Positions 8,717-18,863 of a DNA stretch of 64,000 bases are shown here, piece after piece. Each line of letters starts with the position of its first letter. Within the stretch, counting starts at the first letter, position 1. The notes below the pieces were generated by a model. That model was given only the letters and a program-made list of their open reading frames with translations, searched no databases and was not told the origin of the DNA. A program made the translations under genes and the position numbers. Source of the stretch: an uncultured Fidelibacterota bacterium (GTDB lineage Bacteria; Fidelibacterota; Marinisomatia; Marinisomatales; Marinisomataceae); NCBI GenBank assembly GCA_902575395.1, contig CACGRA010000001.1, positions 1,741 to 65,740 of the forward strand, read 5' to 3'.

Positions 8717-10371
8717 TAAATATATTCATCACCTTTTTTATAGTTTTCACCAGTATTGCCAGCTTTATCAATCAATATTGGAGCATTCAACACAGAAGGC
8801 CATAAAGAAGGGGCTTGTTCTGATTCATGCTCATTGAGCAACTCTTCCAGTAAAGATAGTTTTTCTAGTTCAGAATAAGCAAGATTTATTCTTTCAGTTG
8901 GATCTTCATTCAAGTTAAACAGCCATTTTTTATCAGGAGTATTAGTTCTAATCAATTTCCAACCGTTATGTAATACTGTTTGATTATGCCCTTGTTTCCA
9001 AAATAAAGTTTCATGGGGCATGCTTGTATTGGCCCCAGTAATAAAGGGCATCAAATCAACACCATCAATCTTCCTATCATTAGGTATAGTAGCATTCGCT
9101 GCTGCAGCAATAGTGCTAAAAATATCAGTATGATGAATTGGTAAATCAAATTTAGTGCCAGGAGTAATTTTATTTGGCCACTTTGCCATAAAAGGAATAT
9201 GAATCCCTCCTTCAAAATGTGTTAATTTCCAACCTCTATAAGGCTTATTAATATCAGGTAGTTCAATATAGCCTGCACCACCATTATCACTAGTAAGAAT
9301 AATAAGGGTGTTATCTGTTAAATTATGTTCTTCTAAAGAATCAATAATACGCCCTACGCTTCTGTCAAGCGCTTCAATCATGCCAGAATATACTTGCATA
9401 TTATGATTCATATGATGGTCAGCAAATAAATCAAAATCACTCTTTAATGCTTGTAATGGATTATGAACTGCCCAATGACCTAAATAAAGAAAGAACGGTC
9501 TATTTTGATTTTTTTCTATAACCTTAATAGCTTCATCAGTATAATAATCAGTAAGATAGCTTTCAGGTGTAAACTCAGGGCTTTTATTGAACGATGCACT
9601 AAATTGAGAGCTTGCCCAAACCATTTTATCAACACCATGATTAAATTTTGCATTTACAACATCAGGATGATTTTCAGGCAAATAAAGCCCGCTAGATAAA
9701 ATTAAACTGTCATCAAATCCTTGATCATTAGGATGATAGATATCTAGCTGTCCTCGGCTATCGCCTAGGTGCCATTTTCCAATATGTGCTGTATAATATC
9801 CTACATCTTTTAATATTTCAGCAATAGTAATTTCTTCTGTAGGCATTCCTGCATCAAAAAGATCTTTTCCCATTGGAACAAGTTCTTTACTAATCTCTAA
9901 TTTTAATTCTGGATCTTGAATGTCATCCATCCATTGAAATACTGTTAACGCAATGGGGAAAATTGGGGTAAACTCAAATCCAAATCGTGTTGAGTATCTT
10001 CCAGTCATAATTGATGCTCGAGATTGAGCACACATGGCGTTTGCAGCGTATCCGTTTTCAAATAATACGCCATCTTTTGCGATAGAATCAATATTCGGAG
10101 TCATTAATGAACCGTCACTAGCTCCACCATTATATAAAGAAACATCATTGAAGCCTAAATCGTCAGCAAGAATTATAATAATATTAGGTCTTGAATCGCT
10201 CTTATCTTTTTCTTTTGGTCCATCTTGCCAATTAGAAGAACCTTCAGATAAAATTGGATTAGTAATATTTAAAATCTTTGGTAATGCCCAAACAACAATA
10301 TTTACTCGATTACTCCAAACAGAAAATAATAAGACAATAAAGAACGTAAGAGGGACTAATAGTCGTTTCAT
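8704..10371 (-). CDS. Type I sulfatase-family hydrolase with atypical CAQSR active-site motif
   Basis: N-terminal signal/anchor, the ILADDLGFNDV metal-binding block, the active-site block MCAQSRASIMTGRY and GKWHLG; 555 aa. Confidence 0.85.
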   Translation of the reverse strand: MKRLLVPLTFFIVLLFSVWSNRVNIVVWALPKILNITNPILSEGSSNWQDGPKEKDKSDSRPNIIIILADDLGFNDVSLYNGGASDGSLMTPNIDSIAKDGVLFENGYAANAMCAQSRASIMTGRYSTRFGFEFTPIFPIALTVFQWMDDIQDPELKLEISKELVPMGKDLFDAGMPTEEITIAEILKDVGYYTAHIGKWHLGDSRGQLDIYHPNDQGFDDSLILSSGLYLPENHPDVVNAKFNHGVDKMVWASSQFSASFNKSPEFTPESYLTDYYTDEAIKVIEKNQNRPFFLYLGHWAVHNPLQALKSDFDLFADHHMNHNMQVYSGMIEALDRSVGRIIDSLEEHNLTDNTLIILTSDNGGAGYIELPDINKPYRGWKLTHFEGGIHIPFMAKWPNKITPGTKFDLPIHHTDIFSTIAAAANATIPNDRKIDGVDLMPFITGANTSMPHETLFWKQGHNQTVLHNGWKLIRTNTPDKKWLFNLNEDPTERINLAYSELEKLSLLEELLNEHESEQAPSLWPSVLNAPILIDKAGNTGENYKKGDEYIYWPN

Positions 10372-10396
10372 ATTTTAATATTTGTAAAAGAATTTA

Positions 10397-10696
10397 TTAC
10401 GGAGTTTCTTGGCCAAAAAATTCGTAATTCGCTCCTATTGAATTTTCATATTCTTCTGGAACTTCTTCTTCGTCATAAATTGCATCTACAGGACATTCTG
10501 GTTCACATGCCCCACAATCGATACATTCTTCTGGGTTAATATACAATTGTTTTCCAGTTGCATCAAAGTCAGGGTCTTTTGCTTCTTCGCCAGCACCTTC
10601 AGGGTCTTCAGGCCCATGAATACAGTCAACCGGGCACACTTCTACACAGGCTGTATCACAAGTACCTACGCATGGATCTGTAATTATATAAGTCAT
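10397..10696 (-). CDS. fdxA: Ferredoxin (FdxA-like, two Fe-S cluster motifs)
   Basis: 99 aa. It carries CVGTCDTACVEVCPVDCIH and CIDCGACEPECPVDAIY Cys motifs and an acidic C-terminus. Confidence 0.85.
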   Translation of the reverse strand: MTYIITDPCVGTCDTACVEVCPVDCIHGPEDPEGAGEEAKDPDFDATGKQLYINPEECIDCGACEPECPVDAIYDEEEVPEEYENSIGANYEFFGQETP

Positions 10697-10739
10697 ATTT
10701 TAGTGAATTATACGTAGTTTATTGTGCAAAATCAACAAC

Positions 10740-11936
10740 ATGCGAACAGGTCAAAATTTCACAGCATTTTTATGGGGGGCCCCATTTATTGGATCTATTG
10801 GAAGATCTATATATGATATTAGCATAATCTGGTTAATACTAGATATAACTAACTCTGAAAAATTAACCGGTTTAATTGCAATGACTACATATTTACCTGC
10901 AATATTTTTTGGATTATTTGCAGGCGCAATTGTAGATATGTATTCCAAAACTAGAGTAATGGCTTTTGCTCAGATAATGCAGGCTATCGCAGTAATAGGA
11001 ATTCCTATTTTTTTATTATTTGATATAAAAGTTGCTTGGATTATTATGATACTTGCCTGTTTCCACAATGGCTTTTCCCTGCCGTTTGTCCCAGCATTTA
11101 ATTCATACCTTCCTACTCAAGTAGAAAAGGAGAGATTGTTAGAAGCAAATTCAATAGCGAATATTGCATGGCAATCTGCTGTATTTATTGGCCCAATTGT
11201 AGCAGCATATTTTTTAACAATAATACCTGTTCAATATTTGTTTTATATAACGGTTATATGCTATTTGGTTACTGCATTGTTAAGCATTAATGCGCCAAGA
11301 GAAAAACAAAAAAAAGAAAATGAAAATTTAAAATTAATTTTAAATAAAACTTATCAAGGCCTTGTATATTTATTTAATGACAAAACACTATTATTTATTA
11401 TTATTTTAACTGTTTTGAGCAACCTGTTTGTCATGGGACCAGCTATTGTTGGAATTCCTATATTAGTCAAAATTGGTCTAGGGGGAACCGCATCTAACTT
11501 TGCAATATGTGAAGCAGTCGTTGGGTTGGGGATGTTATTAGGGACAGCATTTGTATATAAGTTTGGAGAGCGATTTACACATGGAAGACTTTTTTTAACG
11601 GGTCTTTTTATTGATGGAGCTAGTTTCTGTTTATATTATTTTATTGAAAATATGATACAAATGTATATTTTATCCTTTTGTCATGGCATTGGAATTCCAT
11701 TATTAATTATTTCAAGAGTGTCAATCATGCAAAAAAATATTCCAGAAGAATTATTAGGAAGAATTTTTTCTATTATTTCTATATCTATTATCAGCATGAG
11801 TGCAATTTCTTCTGGTATTATTGGTTTTGCATCAGATGTGCTTGATATTCAAACAATATTTTTATTATTTGGAACAGGGGCAGGCTTGTGTGGAATAGCT
11901 GGATTTTTACATCCAAAAATCAAACATCTTAACTAA
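10740..11936 (+). CDS. MFS-type transporter
   Basis: About 12 hydrophobic segments in roughly 400 aa with a central K/E-rich loop (REKQKKENENLK). I took the start at ATG 10740 rather than TTG 10722. Confidence 0.7.
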   Translation: MRTGQNFTAFLWGAPFIGSIGRSIYDISIIWLILDITNSEKLTGLIAMTTYLPAIFFGLFAGAIVDMYSKTRVMAFAQIMQAIAVIGIPIFLLFDIKVAWIIMILACFHNGFSLPFVPAFNSYLPTQVEKERLLEANSIANIAWQSAVFIGPIVAAYFLTIIPVQYLFYITVICYLVTALLSINAPREKQKKENENLKLILNKTYQGLVYLFNDKTLLFIIILTVLSNLFVMGPAIVGIPILVKIGLGGTASNFAICEAVVGLGMLLGTAFVYKFGERFTHGRLFLTGLFIDGASFCLYYFIENMIQMYILSFCHGIGIPLLIISRVSIMQKNIPEELLGRIFSIISISIISMSAISSGIIGFASDVLDIQTIFLLFGTGAGLCGIAGFLHPKIKHLN

Positions 11937-12651
11937 AATCTTCAACAAGTTTTACAACTTCAGCTTTAACAAGGTCACGAAACTCTTCAATTGAAAGGTG
12001 CGAATATTGATCAGGAGTAATTGGATTGCCAAAAACAGTTTTTAATCTTCCTGGGTTAATAATCCAGCTAGTTCTTACATTAGATTCAAATGCACCAATA
12101 ATCCCAATTGGGACAATCGTTGCATTAGTAGCTCTTGCAAAATGAAATCCTCCTTTTTTAAACTCTCCCATCTCACCCGTGATAGTTCGATTCCCTTCTG
12201 GAGAATAAATCATAGATGTTTTATCAACCAATAAAATTTTTTCTGCAGCTTTTAATGTTTCACGCGCCTTGTCAGTATCATCATGGGTAATTTGATATGC
12301 ACCATAGCGTTTTGCAAAAAATCCCCATAAAGGCCATTTAAAAATACCTTCCCAACCAACTGCATTAACATAATAAGGAATAGAAGCTCCTAACATAAAA
12401 GCATCAAACATAGATTCATGATTAAACATAAAAATATATGGGCCTTTATTTTTTGGAGGCACCTTTCCGTGAATTGTATGATATTGCCAACTACCAAGCA
12501 ACAATGCTTTGCAGCCCAAGTGCATAGGAAAATAAAAATATTTTGGATGCATTATATATGATAAAACTATACCTGCAACCATCATTAATATAAAAACAGG
12601 TAAAGCAACTATCAAAATTAGTAAAGTTATTATTGCGCGTATCACTGGCAT
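11929..12651 (-). CDS. Lysophospholipid/glycerolipid acyltransferase (PlsC/LPLAT family)
   Basis: N-terminal TM segment, HX4D block (FNHESMFD) and SPEGNRT block. Confidence 0.75.
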   Translation of the reverse strand: MPVIRAIITLLILIVALPVFILMMVAGIVLSYIMHPKYFYFPMHLGCKALLLGSWQYHTIHGKVPPKNKGPYIFMFNHESMFDAFMLGASIPYYVNAVGWEGIFKWPLWGFFAKRYGAYQITHDDTDKARETLKAAEKILLVDKTSMIYSPEGNRTITGEMGEFKKGGFHFARATNATIVPIGIIGAFESNVRTSWIINPGRLKTVFGNPITPDQYSHLSIEEFRDLVKAEVVKLVEDFS

Positions 12652-12656
12652 AAAGA

Positions 12657-13691
12657 TTAGTTTAATTTATCTAAAATCTCTAACATTTTATAATTTGCTT
12701 TTGGTATTGCAAAACTATCTAATTCTTTCCTTGTAACCCATTTATAATCTTGGCGTGTTTGTAATTGTTTGTCGCTATCAATATGAATTAAAAATAATGA
12801 AATACGCACTTTAAAATGACTATACTGGTGTTTTACTTCTCCAATGTATTGCGGGTTCTTGATAGATAAATTTGTTTCTTCAAACACTTCTCTTATAGCT
12901 GCATTCTCTTGTGATTCATTTTTTTCAATTTTACCTCCCGGAAACTCCCAAAGCCCGCCTAACATTTTATCAATGGGGCGTTGTAATATGAGCAATTTAT
13001 TCTTTTTCCCAACAATACAAGTAGAGACTCTTATTGTTGGTATAGATTTCTGTTTCTTTGGTTCAGGATAGCTAATGGGGTCTAAATTTAAAAATGCTTT
13101 ACAATCATCACTAATGGGGCATATTGTACAATTTACAAAATTGGCTTGACAAATACTGCTTCCTAAATCCATTAAAGCTTGGTTAAAATCTCCTGGACTT
13201 TCTCTGTCTTGTATATTTTCAAGAAATTTTTTCGCTCTACTTTGATTAAATTTTGATCTCTTTTTTAGTCCTAATAATCTAAAGCTAACACGCTCTAAAT
13301 TAGTATCAATGCCCACCTCCCCCTTATTAAATGCAATTGCAAGAATAGTTTTTGCTGTATAGTCACCTATCCCGGGAAGTTTTATTAAATCAGCATAGTT
13401 ATCAGGAAAAGAATTTTTAATAATTTGAGATGTTTTATAAATATTTTTACATCGAGAATAATAGCCAAGCCCTTCCCAAAACTTTAAAACTTCATCATAT
13501 GAAGCTTTAGATAAGATATTAGCATTGGGAAATCTTTTAATCCATCTATTATAATATGGTATAACGGTTGCGACTTGCGTTTGTTGCAACATAATTTCAG
13601 AAATCCAAATTTTATATGGATCTTTTGTTTGGCGCCATGGGAGTATTCTTTTATTCGATGAATACCAATCCAATAAGTGTTTTGAAATCAT
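12657..13691 (-). CDS. mutY: A/G-specific adenine DNA glycosylase
   Basis: HhH-GPD motif (LPGIGDYTA), a C-x6-C-x2-C-x5-C cluster (CQANFVNCTICPISDDC) and a C-terminal NUDIX-like domain (GGLWEFPGGK). Confidence 0.9.
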   Translation of the reverse strand: MISKHLLDWYSSNKRILPWRQTKDPYKIWISEIMLQQTQVATVIPYYNRWIKRFPNANILSKASYDEVLKFWEGLGYYSRCKNIYKTSQIIKNSFPDNYADLIKLPGIGDYTAKTILAIAFNKGEVGIDTNLERVSFRLLGLKKRSKFNQSRAKKFLENIQDRESPGDFNQALMDLGSSICQANFVNCTICPISDDCKAFLNLDPISYPEPKKQKSIPTIRVSTCIVGKKNKLLILQRPIDKMLGGLWEFPGGKIEKNESQENAAIREVFEETNLSIKNPQYIGEVKHQYSHFKVRISLFLIHIDSDKQLQTRQDYKWVTRKELDSFAIPKANYKMLEILDKLN

Positions 13692-13729
13692 ACCTTTACA
13701 TTAAGAATATGACTTCAAAAATCCAAAAA

Positions 13730-14740
13730 TTAACTGCAGGTAGTTTCAATCAAAGCTGCACATGCTTGATAAGGATCTACATTGGAAGCAGGTCTTCTAT
13801 CTTCCAAGTAACCTTTGCCGTCATTATGTACTCCCATTGGTATACGAATAGATGCGCCTCGATCACTTACTCCATATCGAAACTCATTAATGCTACATGT
13901 TTCATGTAAACCTGTAAGCCTTTCTTCATTATGGTCTCCATAGACTGCAATATGCTTATCAATATTTTGACCTAATTTTTCACAAGCTTCTTCAATAACC
14001 TTCAAACCGCCATCAGCTCTCATTGATGCTGTGCTATAATTAATGTGAGCGCCCGAACCATTCCAGTCTCCTTTAATTGGTTTGGGGTGCAATTCAACAC
14101 GATAACCATAATCTTCACCAATTCTTTCTAAGAGCCATCGCGCAACCCACAACTGATCTCCAACCTCCAAAGCAGGCAATGGACCTACTTGATATTCCCA
14201 CTGGCCAAGCATTACTTCTGCATTAATACCTGATACTTCAAGACCAGCTTCAAGACATAGGTCCAAATGCTCTTCTACCATGTCACGACCAGCAACATCC
14301 TCAAAACCAACGCTACAATAGTATGGGCCCTGTGGTCTTTCAGGAAATCCTTCTTCTGGCCAACCAGCAGGCTGCTTACCATCCATCAGAGTATATTCTT
14401 GTTCAATTCCAAACCATGCATCATGATCTTTAAATTTTTTGGCAAGTTCCACTAATTTTGCTCGACTATTTGATTTATGAGGTGAACCGTCTGGGTTACA
14501 TACTTCATTCATTACTAGTATATTATCACCTCCGCGTAACGGGTCTTTACAAATCCAAACTGGCTTGAGCATACAATCGCTATCGCCGCCATCTGCTTGC
14601 AAAGTACTAGAACCATCAAAGCCCCACAAAGGAAGTTCTTCTGGAGAAGACACTGGCGCATCTAGAACTTTAGTTTTTGATCTCAGATTAGCGGTTGGTT
14701 CATATCCATCAATCCAAATATATTCTGCTTTAACTTTCAT
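13730..14740 (-). CDS. glnII: Glutamine synthetase type II (eukaryote-like GSII)
   Basis: 336 aa. The N-terminus is MKVKAEYIWIDG, and the short length and layout match GSII rather than GSI or GSIII. Confidence 0.88.
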   Translation of the reverse strand: MKVKAEYIWIDGYEPTANLRSKTKVLDAPVSSPEELPLWGFDGSSTLQADGGDSDCMLKPVWICKDPLRGGDNILVMNEVCNPDGSPHKSNSRAKLVELAKKFKDHDAWFGIEQEYTLMDGKQPAGWPEEGFPERPQGPYYCSVGFEDVAGRDMVEEHLDLCLEAGLEVSGINAEVMLGQWEYQVGPLPALEVGDQLWVARWLLERIGEDYGYRVELHPKPIKGDWNGSGAHINYSTASMRADGGLKVIEEACEKLGQNIDKHIAVYGDHNEERLTGLHETCSINEFRYGVSDRGASIRIPMGVHNDGKGYLEDRRPASNVDPYQACAALIETTCS

Positions 14741-14797
14741 ATATATTTCCTGTTTTTTTATTTATTTTATAGAAACAACAATGACTAAATTACAAAA

Positions 14798-15232
14798 ATG
14801 AAGGATAAAAAAGTAAACTTAAATGATATACTAGAAAAAATTTCTGAATTGGAAGCACGCATAGACAAAATTGCACCAATTGGAAAAAAAGATTTACCGC
14901 CTAAAAAAGATCAGATTAAAGATATCAAAGAAAATATAGAAGAATGGTCCAAAAAATTTCCTTCTGTTGATATTGAATTTGAATTGGCTAAAATGCTTGA
15001 TTGGTTAAAAGCAAACAACAAACGTAAAAAAGATTATAAAGCATTCTTCAGAAATTGGCTACGCAAAACATCTAATAGCATGGAAGTAAACAAAGAAGAA
15101 GGAAATCATTCATATGTTTTTGGCTGTAATGCTAAAGAGTGTGAAACAGAAACATCAACATATAAAGACATGTATTTCTTTTGCGAAGAATGTGGTAAAG
15201 AAAAAGAAATTATTAAAATAAAAAAGAATTAA
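14798..15232 (+). CDS. Hypothetical protein with C-terminal Cys4 zinc-ribbon-like motif
   Basis: 144-aa K/E-rich ORF, one of only two plus-strand genes (with the MFS transporter at 10740) in a 27-kb minus-strand block. The C-terminus is CNAKEC-x15-CEEC. I do not recognise a family. Confidence 0.5.
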   Translation: MKDKKVNLNDILEKISELEARIDKIAPIGKKDLPPKKDQIKDIKENIEEWSKKFPSVDIEFELAKMLDWLKANNKRKKDYKAFFRNWLRKTSNSMEVNKEEGNHSYVFGCNAKECETETSTYKDMYFFCEECGKEKEIIKIKKN

Positions 15233-15675
15233 TCTTCTTTTTCAATGTTCAACTGAAAGCTCCCTGACAATTCACTGCTAAACTTTATATTAATTTCGTG
15301 AGCGCCAAGCGTTTTAATTGAAGATTTTAGATCAATATATTGCTTGTCAATCTTAATATTGTTTTCTAATAATAGTTTTTCAATATCTGCTTTTGTAACT
15401 GATCCAAAAAGCTTGTCATTGTCTTCTGATTTCATATGAATAGATAATTTTAAATTAGAAATTTGATCTAATATATTTAACAGGTCTTCTTTTTCTCGAT
15501 TAATTTTTCTCTCTTTTTGTTTTAGTTCATTTTGAACTTTAATTAACTGTTTTGGAGAAAAATTAGTAGCCAATTTTTTTGCAAATAAAAAATTGCGTGC
15601 AAACCCTGCTTTTACATTCACAACGTCGCCTTGATTACCTAATTTTTCTATATTCTCTAATAATATTACTTTCAT
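15229..15675 (-). CDS. rplI: 50S ribosomal protein L9
   Basis: The N-terminus MKVILLENIEKLGNQGDVVNVKAGFARNFL is classic bL9, in rpsF-rpsR-rplI order. Confidence 0.93.
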   Translation of the reverse strand: MKVILLENIEKLGNQGDVVNVKAGFARNFLFAKKLATNFSPKQLIKVQNELKQKERKINREKEDLLNILDQISNLKLSIHMKSEDNDKLFGSVTKADIEKLLLENNIKIDKQYIDLKSSIKTLGAHEINIKFSSELSGSFQLNIEKED

Positions 15676-15677
15676 CT

Positions 15678-15902
15678 TTAGTCCTTATCTACTGCTGCAA
15701 ATGGAAGAAGAGCAACATTTCTTGCGCGTTTAATTGCATTAACTAGTTTTCTATGCATTTTCATGCTTGTTCCAGTTACTCTTCTAGGGATAATTTTCCC
15801 TTGATCATTAATAAACTTATTTAAAAGTTTTGTATCTTTATAATCAATTTCTTTGATTCCATTTCTTTGGAAATAACAAGATTTTTTTCTACTAGATAGC
15901 AT
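15678..15902 (-). CDS. rpsR: 30S ribosomal protein S18
   Basis: 74 aa with the motif [26 protein letters not shown]. Confidence 0.93.
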   Translation of the reverse strand: MLSSRKKSCYFQRNGIKEIDYKDTKLLNKFINDQGKIIPRRVTGTSMKMHRKLVNAIKRARNVALLPFAAVDKD

Positions 15903-16240
15903 TATTCTACCTCCTCTTTTTGTTCTTTGTCTTCTTTATTTAGAGTTGGTTTTTCATCAAGTTTCACAATCAAATATTTTAAAACCTCTGAATTCAAATT
16001 AAGAAACTGTTTGAAATCGTTAACAAAAGAAGGATTGGAAAATTCTGCATGGAGCAGGACATAGTTTCCATATTTTTCTTTCTTAACGCTATATGCTAAT
16101 TGTTTTTTACCCCAAAAATCATGGCTAAGGATTGAATGTTTTTTAGATTCAATATGTTTATTAATACCATTAATAATTTCAGATATTTTATCTTTCCCAT
16201 AATTTGGGTTTACAATATATAGCACTTCATAATAATTCAT
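15902..16240 (-). CDS. rpsF: 30S ribosomal protein S6
   Basis: [13 protein letters not shown] start. I moved the start to ATG 16240, which has GGAG 6 nt upstream immediately after the hppA stop. Confidence 0.9.
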   Translation of the reverse strand: MNYYEVLYIVNPNYGKDKISEIINGINKHIESKKHSILSHDFWGKKQLAYSVKKEKYGNYVLLHAEFSNPSFVNDFKQFLNLNSEVLKYLIVKLDEKPTLNKEDKEQKEEVE

Positions 16241-16251
16241 AAACTTCTCCA

Positions 16252-18294
16252 TTATATTAGTGGCGCTATTACAAGCGAAACCACTGATATTAACTTAATT
16301 AAAATATTTAAAGATGGGCCTGCTGTATCCTTAAAGGGATCACCAACAGTATCGCCAACTACGGCTGCTTTATGTGCATCGCTTCCTTTCCCGCCATGTG
16401 CACCAGATTCAATGTATTTCTTTGCATTATCCCACGAACCTCCTGCATTAGACATAAATATAGCTAATAATACACCAGTTACTGTTACGCCAGCTAATAT
16501 TCCACCTAGCATTTCTGGCTGACGAAGTATAAGCCCAAAAAATATAGGAGTAAACACAGCAAGCGCTCCTGGTAAAATCATTTTATTAATAGCAGCTGTT
16601 GTAGCAATGTCTACACATCTTGCATAATCTGCTTTTGCTTTACCGTCAAGCAACCCTTTAATTTCTTTAAATTGTCTTCTTACTTCCTCAATCATTTCAA
16701 ATGCAGCATCACCAACCGCTTGCATTGCAAGCGCAGAAAACACAAATGGTAAAATTGCACCAATAAATAATCCAGCCATTACTGTTGGTTCACTAATATT
16801 CAATACTAGTTCAGCGCCTGAGTTTGCTTTAATTGTCTCTCTAAAAGCTGCAAAAAGAGCTAAAGAGGTTAAAGCAGCAGAACCAATTGCAAAACCTTTA
16901 CCAATGGCGGCTGTTGTATTCCCAACTGCATCTAATTTGTCTGTTCTTTCTCTTACTTCGCTTGGAAGTTCAGCCATCTCTGCAATTCCTCCAGCATTAT
17001 CTGCAATAGGACCATATGCATCAACTGCCAACTGAATACCAATAGTAGACAACATCCCTAGAGCAGCAATTGCAATACCATAAAGTCCAGCAAAATGAAA
17101 TGCTCCTAAAATTGCTAAAGCAATAACAAGCACCGGTAATGCAGTCGAGTACATACCATTAGCCAAACCTGCAATAATATTAGTTGCAGATCCTGTTTCA
17201 CTAGCTTCTGCAATTCCTTTTGATGGTTTTTGTTCATCGGAGGTAAAATACTCCGTCATTAAACCAATTAATATACCTGAAACAAGACCAACTACAGTTG
17301 CCCAAAATAAATTCATAACGAGCATACCATCAATCATGCCCGATGGACCAAAATGATGTAATAAAAAATATGTAATAACTAACATCACACCACCAGATCC
17401 AAAAACACCAATGTTTAATGCAGTTTGAGGATTGCCCCCTTCTTTAGTTCTAACAAAAAATGTTCCAAGGATTGATACAAAAATACCTGATGCAGCAATA
17501 AATAAAGGTAAATAAACCAATGTTGTATTTCCTGCAGCTGCAGCCAAAACCATTGCACCAATAATAGAGCCTACATACGATTCAAACAAGTCTGCTCCCA
17601 TGCCGGCAACATCACCAACGTTGTCACCAACGTTGTCAGCAATCGTTGCAGGGTTTCTTGGATCATCTTCTGGAATTCCCGCTTCAACCTTACCGACTAA
17701 ATCTGCGCCAACATCAGCAGCTTTTGTATAAATACCACCACCAACTCTTGCAAAAAGAGCAATTGATGAAGCTCCCATAGCAAAGCCAGAAACTAGAGTC
17801 ATTATTCTTGATAGGCCTTCGGCATTAGAGGTTAATCCTCCATAATACCAAAATAATGTAAATAACCCCAGAATACCTAAACCAACAACATTCATGCCCA
17901 TAACAGCTCCGCCACTAAAAGCAACATTTAAAGCTGGGCTTAAACCTGTTCGTGCAGCTTCTGTTGTTCTATGGTTTGCTAAAGTTGCAACGCGCATACC
18001 AAAAGCGCCTGCCAACGCACTACAAAGAGCACCAACAACAAAAGATAGGGCTACTTCTGGAGTTTCATTTCCTAAATTAACCCAATATAAAAGCGCTGCT
18101 ACAACCAAAACAAAAACTGTTAACACTTTATATTCTCTTTTAATAAAGGCTGTTGCACCTTCCCTTACTGCAAGACCAATTTCTTGCATCTTTTCGTTTC
18201 CTGGATTTTGTTTGCTAATCCAATTGCTTTTCCACAATGCAAAAATCATTGCAGTAACTCCTGATACCGGTATTAAATAAAAAAGGTTTTCCAC
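16252..18294 (-). CDS. hppA: Membrane-bound proton/cation-translocating pyrophosphatase
   Basis: 680 aa, polytopic. Signature blocks are [19 protein letters not shown] and [23 protein letters not shown] start. Confidence 0.95.
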   Translation of the reverse strand: MENLFYLIPVSGVTAMIFALWKSNWISKQNPGNEKMQEIGLAVREGATAFIKREYKVLTVFVLVVAALLYWVNLGNETPEVALSFVVGALCSALAGAFGMRVATLANHRTTEAARTGLSPALNVAFSGGAVMGMNVVGLGILGLFTLFWYYGGLTSNAEGLSRIMTLVSGFAMGASSIALFARVGGGIYTKAADVGADLVGKVEAGIPEDDPRNPATIADNVGDNVGDVAGMGADLFESYVGSIIGAMVLAAAAGNTTLVYLPLFIAASGIFVSILGTFFVRTKEGGNPQTALNIGVFGSGGVMLVITYFLLHHFGPSGMIDGMLVMNLFWATVVGLVSGILIGLMTEYFTSDEQKPSKGIAEASETGSATNIIAGLANGMYSTALPVLVIALAILGAFHFAGLYGIAIAALGMLSTIGIQLAVDAYGPIADNAGGIAEMAELPSEVRERTDKLDAVGNTTAAIGKGFAIGSAALTSLALFAAFRETIKANSGAELVLNISEPTVMAGLFIGAILPFVFSALAMQAVGDAAFEMIEEVRRQFKEIKGLLDGKAKADYARCVDIATTAAINKMILPGALAVFTPIFFGLILRQPEMLGGILAGVTVTGVLLAIFMSNAGGSWDNAKKYIESGAHGGKGSDAHKAAVVGDTVGDPFKDTAGPSLNILIKLISVVSLVIAPLI

Positions 18295-18863
18295 TACGCT
18301 TCTCCTATAATTTGTTTGTTAAAATGGTTTGATGTAAACACAACCCCTTCTTTAAGAATAGAAGACATTGCATCGTAAGTAAATTCTAAAACTTGGTTTA
18401 CTAAAGGTTCATATTTATTATCGAAAGGTTTTAACACATACTCTTCCGAAGGTCTTTTGTAGTCATCTGCTGCAATTCCAATTTTTAATCTTGCAATTTC
18501 ATCTGTATTTAGAGAATTAATAATTGATTTCATACCATTGTGGCACCCATCTCCTCCTTGCAATCTTAATCGAATTTCTCCTAAAGGTAAATCAACATCA
18601 TCAAAAATGATTACTAAATCTTTGATGTCTGCTTTATAAAAATTCAAAAGATCTTGAATCATATTCCCGCTGCAATTCATGCCTGTTGTTGGCTTTACAA
18701 GAATATACTCATTGTCTTTTTTTGCAAAAACAAAGTCACCTTTACCTGCTTTAAACTCAAGATTGTGTTTTTTGGCAAACATGTCTATTGCCCAAAATCC
18801 AACATTGTGTTTGGTGTTAAGATATTTAGTATCTGCATTACCTAGGCCTATAAAAACTAACAT
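18294..18863 (-). CDS. pth: Peptidyl-tRNA hydrolase
   Basis: 189 aa with N-terminus [20 protein letters not shown]. Its start overlaps the rplY stop (TAATG). Confidence 0.92.
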   Translation of the reverse strand: MLVFIGLGNADTKYLNTKHNVGFWAIDMFAKKHNLEFKAGKGDFVFAKKDNEYILVKPTTGMNCSGNMIQDLLNFYKADIKDLVIIFDDVDLPLGEIRLRLQGGDGCHNGMKSIINSLNTDEIARLKIGIAADDYKRPSEEYVLKPFDNKYEPLVNQVLEFTYDAMSSILKEGVVFTSNHFNKQIIGEA

